A program made the position numbers and the translations under genes. From Dehalococcoidia bacterium (GTDB taxonomy: Bacteria; Chloroflexota; Dehalococcoidia; UBA6926), in the NCBI GenBank assembly GCA_045562535.1, contig JBJKVP010000008.1, positions 21,180 through 85,179 of the forward strand: a stretch of 64,000 bases of DNA, read 5' to 3'. How positions within the stretch are numbered: position 1 is the stretch's first letter; each line of letters begins with the position of its first letter. This document shows positions 57,871 to 64,000 of this stretch, piece by piece. A model generated the notes under the pieces. That model was not told where the DNA came from and did no database searches. It was given only the letters and a program-made list of their open reading frames with translations.

Positions 57871-58239
57871 TTATCGGTTCCTGCGCTTGGGATTACGTTT
57901 GTTCTTAGGTCTCTTTTTTCCACCACCAGGGCCAATATAACTCTCTCCGACTGAGTTCTCAATTTTCTGTTTAGTTTGCGTTTTTCTTCGCCTGGTCCAA
58001 ATCCAATAATAAATCGGCATCATTACGGCTGTGAAATAAATCGTGCTAAAAATCAGTACGTTCTGTTCGTTCCCATCCAACAAATTAGCTACAGGATGAT
58101 CCAATTTCGCAACATAGGGTAAGGTCCAACCCAAATGGATAGGATTAAATAAAACAAAACCAATAAAAACGAGGAGGATAACTAGGCGTTTAAACGTCAT
58201 TGTAATTATATGGTCCTTCCGTACAAATAAATTATACAA
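57871..58239 (-). CDS. hypothetical two-TM protein with a highly basic tail
   Basis: 122 aa. The tail is GGGKKRPKNKRNPKRRNR. The start is possibly the internal Met (MTFKRL). Confidence 0.4.
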   Translation of the reverse strand: MYNLFVRKDHIITMTFKRLVILLVFIGFVLFNPIHLGWTLPYVAKLDHPVANLLDGNEQNVLIFSTIYFTAVMMPIYYWIWTRRRKTQTKQKIENSVGESYIGPGGGKKRPKNKRNPKRRNR

Positions 58240-58275
58240 TCTAATATTGATAATTATAACTTCAACATTCTAGCT

Positions 58276-59583
58276 TTAATTCAAATTATTATGGGTTTCC
58301 ATCGAATTCAGATGACTTAAGGCAAGATTCATAATATCGATTCTGCCGCCCTCCGTCGTCGGCTGAGCTAACTTTGTAATGTCGAGATCGGGAGTTAAAC
58401 CTTTTTTGTCTACAGACCGTAATTTAGGTGTGTACCATAGAGCTGAGGTAAGATAGAGCGCGCTATCACCTGCAATCGGTTTCAGCGTTGTTATCGCACC
58501 CTTTCCGTAAGTGTTAGTACCAATCAGTGGGTACCTACCAGTATCTTGAAGTGCGCCGGCTACGATCTCTCCTGCGGAGGCTGTTCTTTGATTAACTAAT
58601 ACAACCATCTTTACATCATTAGGTATTATTAAATTTTTTGTTGCCGTAACAGACTGCCGATCTTGTAATCTGTTCTCGCTAAAAAACACCACAGATGGTC
58701 CAATAAATACGCTTGCCACATCAGTTGCAGTTTCAACATATCCTCCTGAATTATTACGTAAGTCCAGTATTAAACTGTAAGGTAATTTTGAAGAATCTTT
58801 TTCTATTATAGGATTAAGAATCTCGGTCAATTCAACGTAAGTTCTATCGGTAAATCGGGGGACTGATATGTGGTAAACTCTTTTCTCGATTTCATCTAAA
58901 TATACGCTTGGCATTTCAACCAGTTTTCGAATAATCTCGTAATCCAATATTCCATCTTGACCAGAACGTTCTATTCCAACAATAACTTTTGAGCCAGGTA
59001 TGCCTCTAATTAGGCTAGCTATATCTGAAAGTTGCATATCGATTACATCTATACCATCGACAGCCCGAATGACATCGTTTTGTTGCAAGCCCTCATCCTC
59101 GGCTGGACCTCCAGGAAACACTTCCCCAATAATCGTATCCCCTGTATCAGAAACGAAAACACTAATCCCTATGCCAACAAGAGTTCCATCAAGTTTAGAT
59201 ATTTGGTCGTCGTAACCAGATTGGATGTACCTTGTGTAGCGGTCTTCTAGTCCAGAAATCATTCCAATAATGGCAAGGTCTTGTAAAATGTCGTCATTCA
59301 ATCTTTCAACATAAACATATTCTTCATCTAAAGCACTCTTCACTTCGATCAAACGATTAATACCTATGTTGTTAGTCGATTGATCAATAAGGGTATATTC
59401 AAAGGCTTTGCGTTGGGCATTTGTATCATCGTCCGTGTATCTAACAAGTTCGAACGATCCAAGCAATCCGGAAAACAATAACAACGCAGCAATCAAAAAT
59501 GAAAAAAGGAAACCTAAGACAAAATTATTTATTATTAGACCTATCAGCTTATTCGGTAAATTCATTTGCCACACAAAATACAT
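58276..59583 (-). CDS. ctpA: S41-family C-terminal processing peptidase
   Basis: PDZ domain, catalytic TASAGE serine motif and TYGKG lysine motif, N-terminal TM. Confidence 0.85.
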   Translation of the reverse strand: MYFVWQMNLPNKLIGLIINNFVLGFLFSFLIAALLLFSGLLGSFELVRYTDDDTNAQRKAFEYTLIDQSTNNIGINRLIEVKSALDEEYVYVERLNDDILQDLAIIGMISGLEDRYTRYIQSGYDDQISKLDGTLVGIGISVFVSDTGDTIIGEVFPGGPAEDEGLQQNDVIRAVDGIDVIDMQLSDIASLIRGIPGSKVIVGIERSGQDGILDYEIIRKLVEMPSVYLDEIEKRVYHISVPRFTDRTYVELTEILNPIIEKDSSKLPYSLILDLRNNSGGYVETATDVASVFIGPSVVFFSENRLQDRQSVTATKNLIIPNDVKMVVLVNQRTASAGEIVAGALQDTGRYPLIGTNTYGKGAITTLKPIAGDSALYLTSALWYTPKLRSVDKKGLTPDLDITKLAQPTTEGGRIDIMNLALSHLNSMETHNNLN

Positions 59584-59779
59584 CTTTTAAATCTATCGAC
59601 AATAGCATTGTATCTCATTCCTGATATATTTAACTTTACATAATATCTATTGTGCGAAGTTAAATAAGTATGCCCCACTACTCTCTTTGACTCCAATTCC
59701 TTCACTCAAACATCCATTTACGATAGAATATTTTAGTAAAGCACGATGAGAATTTCCACAAAATTATAAGGAGAATCAA

Positions 59780-60517
59780 ATGGATGAACAATCCAAAAAA
59801 GTTTACGCCTCGATGAAGGACCGCTTCACTAACATGACTGAAGATAAAATAGGTACACTGATCATCGACCGGCCCTCACGAGAAGTGGTAAGGGATATTA
59901 GGTCACTAGAAAGCCCTGCAGCTGATTGTGCAGACGCTCTTAATCGCTTAGGTTTCAATGATTACGGTATACCAGCAACAATATTAAAACCGGTAGTGGA
60001 TAGAAAAGTAGCTATAGGACCTGCTTTAACAATATTGAATGCTCCAGGACATTCAGATCTCTGGCCATATGAATTCACGGATATTTTCCTGATATCAAAA
60101 CCCGGCGATTTCGTCGCCATAAGTGGAGAAGGATACGAACACACTGGATCTTGGGGAGGCACAACAACAGGTATAGCTTCCGAATTACAGCTTGCCGGAA
60201 CAGTATCAAAATGGCCTTGTAGAGATAGGAATGTAATACTTAAACACGGATATCCTGTATGGGTCCCAGGGCACACTCCACTGCCAACTATTCAGCTAAT
60301 CACAAAAGCGATTATGGTCCCAATCGAATTACACGGCGTCACAATAAATCCAGGGGATTTAATAGTAGCGGATTCCACCGGACTTGTAGTAATACCCACG
60401 GCAGCAGTCCTTGACGTCCACAACGAAATAAAAGGTACCGCAGAATCGGTACAAATGTCCCATCTAGGGTCTATCCCAGATGAACACATTGATGCGGTGC
60501 ATAAAGGGTTGGAGTAA
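59780..60517 (+). CDS. RraA-family protein (RNase E regulator-like / 4-hydroxy-4-methyl-2-oxoglutarate aldolase-like)
   Basis: 245 aa with an RraA-like core (GD.V.I......G.WGG......A...G..G.V..G..RD). Confidence 0.6.
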   Translation: MDEQSKKVYASMKDRFTNMTEDKIGTLIIDRPSREVVRDIRSLESPAADCADALNRLGFNDYGIPATILKPVVDRKVAIGPALTILNAPGHSDLWPYEFTDIFLISKPGDFVAISGEGYEHTGSWGGTTTGIASELQLAGTVSKWPCRDRNVILKHGYPVWVPGHTPLPTIQLITKAIMVPIELHGVTINPGDLIVADSTGLVVIPTAAVLDVHNEIKGTAESVQMSHLGSIPDEHIDAVHKGLE

Positions 60518-60554
60518 TTTTAATCATAAAGAATTTATAGCGGGAGCAACCCAC

Positions 60555-61709
60555 TTATTTAGCACTAACCTTACTACAGATTAGTGCTGAAAGATCTGGT
60601 AAATTCAATTGAGATGCAGCTGATATAGATACAGATTCGAAAGACTCATAATATTCATTAGCTACTTCCTTAATTGTAAGTTCGTAACTACTTACCTGTG
60701 ACGGGGGCACTAAATCCACTTTATTCAAAACGTGTATGGTTGGCTTATTAACGAGATCTAAATCCTTAAGCAGTTCAACAACAGACCTGTATTGAGCAAG
60801 CACATTTTTATTGCTAATGTCAATTACATGTAACAATAGATCAGCATCCCGAAGCTCTTCCAAAGTTGCGCGGAAAGCAGCTACTAAAGAAGTCGGCAAC
60901 TTATTTATAAAACCTACTGTGTCAGATATAAGGGAGGTACCTCCATCAGGCAAAACCATCTTTCGCGTAACAGGATCTAGCGTCGCAAATAACTTATTAG
61001 CAGCAACCACGTCGGCCCTAGTCAAAGCATTCATAAGTGTGCTTTTCCCCGAATTTGTATAACCCACTAACGAAACAACTGCTAATCCTTTATCAAATCT
61101 ATTTTGCCTCGCTTGCCCACGTCTACGACGAACATTTTCTAGTTCAGATTGAATTTTATCCACTCGTTTTCGTACTAAGCGTCGATCAGTTTCCAACTGA
61201 CTTTCACCTGGGCCTCTAGTTCCTATACCCCCACCAAGTCTCTCTAAATGACTCCATTGACCCACCAGTCTGGGTAACAAATACTCAAGTTGAGCAAGCT
61301 CGACCTGCAATCTACCTTCTCTACTTTGGGCTCTCTGAGCGAATATATCTAATATTAGAGCCGTGCGGTCAACTACCTTGATTCCAAGTAAGTTCTCTAG
61401 GTTCCTTTGCTGTGCTGGAGAGAGTTCGTCATCCAAAACGATAGTAGTTATTTTTTCGGATTGGATAACATGTTTAAGTTCTTCAATTTTACCTTTCCCA
61501 AGATAACTTGGGCTACGTTTTTGAACTCTTTGGCTTTTAACCGCCACAACTTTCGCACCTGCACTGCTCGCTAACAGTGCAAGCTCAGTCAACGACGCTT
61601 TTACATTCCACGGTTTTTGCAGCCGAGATTTCACTTCCACCCCAGCTAATAGGGCTCTTTCTTTCCGAGGATTCACATCTACAGTTTTGGTTTTCCGTTT
61701 AGAATTCAT
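60555..61709 (-). CDS. hflX: GTPase HflX
   Basis: HflX N-domain, then G1 GYTNSGKST, DTVGF and NKVD motifs. Confidence 0.9.
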   Translation of the reverse strand: MNSKRKTKTVDVNPRKERALLAGVEVKSRLQKPWNVKASLTELALLASSAGAKVVAVKSQRVQKRSPSYLGKGKIEELKHVIQSEKITTIVLDDELSPAQQRNLENLLGIKVVDRTALILDIFAQRAQSREGRLQVELAQLEYLLPRLVGQWSHLERLGGGIGTRGPGESQLETDRRLVRKRVDKIQSELENVRRRRGQARQNRFDKGLAVVSLVGYTNSGKSTLMNALTRADVVAANKLFATLDPVTRKMVLPDGGTSLISDTVGFINKLPTSLVAAFRATLEELRDADLLLHVIDISNKNVLAQYRSVVELLKDLDLVNKPTIHVLNKVDLVPPSQVSSYELTIKEVANEYYESFESVSISAASQLNLPDLSALICSKVSAK

Positions 61710-61763
61710 AAAAATAGTAATCCTAAATTCTCACCTGGGTTAACTCATATAAACTTTGCTCGT

Positions 61764-61946
61764 TCATTCTCCCCCAAGGTAGGCATCAGGATTACCAATA
61801 AATTTTTGCCTCTCCGACAAACTTCTAAAATAGAACCATTTACCTTCATGGCGGTACTTTGTGCCGACGCGCGCATTACCTTCATCAATCTGCGTCACCT
61901 CATCATCAGAAAAATCGTACCCGGTAACAGGATCTTTCTCACTCAT
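61764..61946 (-). CDS. YHS-like small protein (Cys-less)
   Basis: 60 aa. DPVTGY......G.WFYF.S...RQKF..NPD.Y resembles the YHS domain but lacks its Cys. Confidence 0.45.
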   Translation of the reverse strand: MSEKDPVTGYDFSDDEVTQIDEGNARVGTKYRHEGKWFYFRSLSERQKFIGNPDAYLGGE

Positions 61947-62098
61947 TTCATTCCTCCCATATTCTGGCGTTCACAAATGAACAAAATGCCTTACGCCAAT
62001 TAATGCCGAGACTACGCTGTGGCGAGATGTTCTGTCAAGGATAGGTTTGTGATTTCCGTCATGTTGTAAGAGAATTCAATAAACGGGTACATGTTATT

Positions 62099-63277
62099 TT
62101 GGGATCAAGGATAGGTTTTATTTTGAAGACTGCTATTGTTCGCTACCATGAGATAGCTCTCAAAGGCCGCAACAGATCATGGTTTATTAATACTTTGGTA
62201 GAAAATATTAGGCGGAACTTTTATGGGCTTAAAGTTCAAGTTTCTAGAGTTGACTCTGGAATAGCTGTTAAATACCCGGAATCTCTGACAGATAGTGAAT
62301 TCGTAGATCGCCTATCGGGCATATTTGGTATAGCAAAATTCAAACTAGTAGAACCCAGTACAACCGATATGCCAACTTTGATGAAAACAGTAAAACAAGT
62401 TATCTCAAAAAATACTAGCCCTTTCAATTCCTTTAAAGTTGAAAGCAAAAGAGGTAACAAAGATTATCCTTACACATCAATGCAATTGAATGAACAAATT
62501 GGAGCTTACGTCCAAGAATTTACTAAAAAGAGAGTCGATCTTTCTTCACCAGATTTAACTGTAACTGTGGACGTGCGCGATAAGATCGCTTACATTTCCA
62601 TCCAAGATTATAAAGGTCCAGGAGGACTCCCCGTAGGAGTCTCAGCCCATGTGGCCACATTATTGTCTGGAGGGATCGATTCCCCAGTAGCCGCATTCAA
62701 CATGTTTAAAAGAGGGTGCTCAAATTCCTTTATCCATTTTCATAGTTTCCCTATGGTTGATGCGTCTTCTAGAGATAAAGCTATAAAGCTCGCGAACTCT
62801 CTAAGCAAAAATCAAAAAACATCGCTTCTATATTTAGTACCCTTCGCCAACATTCAAATGGAAATAATAGCAAAAGTGCAAGCTTCCTACAGGGTAATAG
62901 CATACCGAAGATTTATGTTAAGAGTAGCAGAAGCGATAGCCAAGATCGATGGAGCATCTGCTCTAGTAACAGGCGAGAGTGTGGGTCAAGTAGCAAGTCA
63001 AACAATTGAAAATATCGCGACAATAGGCTCTGTAGCAAAAATACCGATTTTTAGGCCTCTAATAGCATCGAATAAATCAGATATTATTGATCAAGCAAAA
63101 CTTATCGGCACTTACGAGGTCTCAATTCTTCCAGACCAAGACTGCTGTTCGTTATTCGTTCCACCCAACCCTGCGACAAAATCAACAATTCGAAAAGCAG
63201 AAAAATATGAAGAAGAACTGGATGCGGAAGATTTAGTAAATCAGACTATGAAAAATCTTGAGATTATAGAATTTTGA
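62099..63277 (+). CDS. thiI: tRNA 4-thiouridine synthase / thiazole sulfur transfer protein ThiI (no rhodanese domain)
   Basis: YHEIALKGRNR N-terminus, THUMP region, PP-loop SGGIDSPVA. The true start may be TTG 62123. Confidence 0.85.
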   Translation: MGSRIGFILKTAIVRYHEIALKGRNRSWFINTLVENIRRNFYGLKVQVSRVDSGIAVKYPESLTDSEFVDRLSGIFGIAKFKLVEPSTTDMPTLMKTVKQVISKNTSPFNSFKVESKRGNKDYPYTSMQLNEQIGAYVQEFTKKRVDLSSPDLTVTVDVRDKIAYISIQDYKGPGGLPVGVSAHVATLLSGGIDSPVAAFNMFKRGCSNSFIHFHSFPMVDASSRDKAIKLANSLSKNQKTSLLYLVPFANIQMEIIAKVQASYRVIAYRRFMLRVAEAIAKIDGASALVTGESVGQVASQTIENIATIGSVAKIPIFRPLIASNKSDIIDQAKLIGTYEVSILPDQDCCSLFVPPNPATKSTIRKAEKYEEELDAEDLVNQTMKNLEIIEF

Positions 63278-63391
63278 TCAATTATTTTATTTATATTCAA
63301 CTTTTTCTGGGACTTTTTGCGAAATTGGACCTTAGACCCCTATTTCGAATGAATTATTAAGCGTATACTACACACTTATAAAAAGGGGGGT

Positions 63392-64000
63392 ATGGCAACT
63401 ATGGCAGTGGAATATCCGGGGGCAGGATACACCGTTTCAATTCGACTTTCTTATGACAACGGCAGACGGAAACTCGCAAATATAACTACTAATATCGCAG
63501 ATGCAGACGGAGATATCACTTCAGTAGAGTTAGTAAGAACCCATAAAGGGAGAATAACCAGAGACATTACTTTAAACGCGTATAACGAAGAGCACGCAAT
63601 AACTCTTACCAAACGACTTAGAAAACTCAAAGGAGTACGTGTTGTAGCCGTATCTGATCCGAATTTTGCAGTTCATCTAGGGGGAAAAATAGCTCTTAGA
63701 AGTAGAACGCCGGTAAAAAATCACAGAGATCTAGCACAGGTATACACACCTGGCGTGGGTAGAGTTTCTTCTTATATTGCAAAAAACAAAGAGTCCGTCT
63801 GGTCTCTAACATCTAAAGCGAATACTGTTGCAGTAGTATCAGATGGTACAGCTGTTCTTGGATTAGGTGATATAGGGCCCGAAGCCGCTATGCCAGTTAT
63901 GGAAGGAAAAGCAATCCTTTTTAAAGAGTTGGGTCAAGTGGATGCGTGGCCTATATGTCTTGACACAAAAGATCCGGATGAGATAGTTAATACCGTTAAA
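63392..64000 (+). CDS. NAD(P)-dependent malic enzyme with N-terminal ACT-like domain, 3' end outside window
   Basis: GGGGGG SD then ATG 63392. Open to the window end. [32 protein letters not shown] is the malic enzyme signature. Confidence 0.85.
   Translation, partial: MATMAVEYPGAGYTVSIRLSYDNGRRKLANITTNIADADGDITSVELVRTHKGRITRDITLNAYNEEHAITLTKRLRKLKGVRVVAVSDPNFAVHLGGKIALRSRTPVKNHRDLAQVYTPGVGRVSSYIAKNKESVWSLTSKANTVAVVSDGTAVLGLGDIGPEAAMPVMEGKAILFKELGQVDAWPICLDTKDPDEIVNTVK

Overview
Gene-dense, low-GC bacterial chromosome, about 40% GC by eye, and mostly housekeeping. The gene content (class V fructose-1,6-bisphosphate aldolase/phosphatase, ThyX, AroH-type chorismate mutase, a short EF-Ts, a YtxH/DUF948-like pair) suggests a marine Chloroflexota-like organism such as a Dehalococcoidia/SAR202 type; this is inference only. 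All coordinates, tRNA folds and hairpins were worked out by hand with no homology search. No CRISPR array, transposase, integrase or rRNA was seen.

Layout:
- 1-9.1 kb: tgt, a ThrC-like/NIL/MoaD-like trio, a crotonase, fbp, rdgB, moaA, moaC, a hydrolase, thyX.
- 9.2-9.5 kb: three tRNAs.
- 9.5-17.8 kb: an orphan ABC ATPase fusion, BI-1, and a sulfur/selenium trafficking island (tusA, exported rhodanese, yeeE, a PQQ dehydrogenase, a second rhodanese).
- 17.8-18.0 kb: two tRNAs.
- 18-26 kb: acyltransferase, hotdog dehydratases, PHP, a DXR paralogue, sufD, sufB.
- 26-34 kb: DsbA/FrnE-like gene, Trk potassium-uptake genes, a ThDP enzyme, MBL, HIT, USP.
- 34.6-56 kb: conserved core genes (gap, eno, pth, ligA, serA, ribF, aroH, trpA, proS, ispG, rseP, dxr, cdsA, uppS, frr, pyrH, tsf, rpsB).
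- 56-64 kb: FmdB x2, dtd, S41 protease, RraA-like, hflX, thiI, malic enzyme.

Main findings:
1. An unlisted 32-codon leader ORF ending in Cys-Cys-Cys-Met-Met has its own promoter and SD. A strong terminator follows it just upstream of tusA-rhodanese-yeeE, which makes it a candidate ribosome-mediated Cys/Met attenuator.
2. Two genes carry an in-frame TGA exactly at the catalytic Cys (rhodanese U-QGGAR, FrnE/DsbA U-PWC), each with a downstream hairpin. These are candidate selenoproteins.
3. The ThrC-like/NIL/MoaD-like trio suggests sulfur-carrier-dependent amino-acid synthesis.
4. A relatively GC-rich ThDP-enzyme gene is bracketed by ~37-nt direct repeats whose hairpin covaries.
5. sufB-sufD lacks sufC and is followed by a DXR paralogue with altered catalytic residues.
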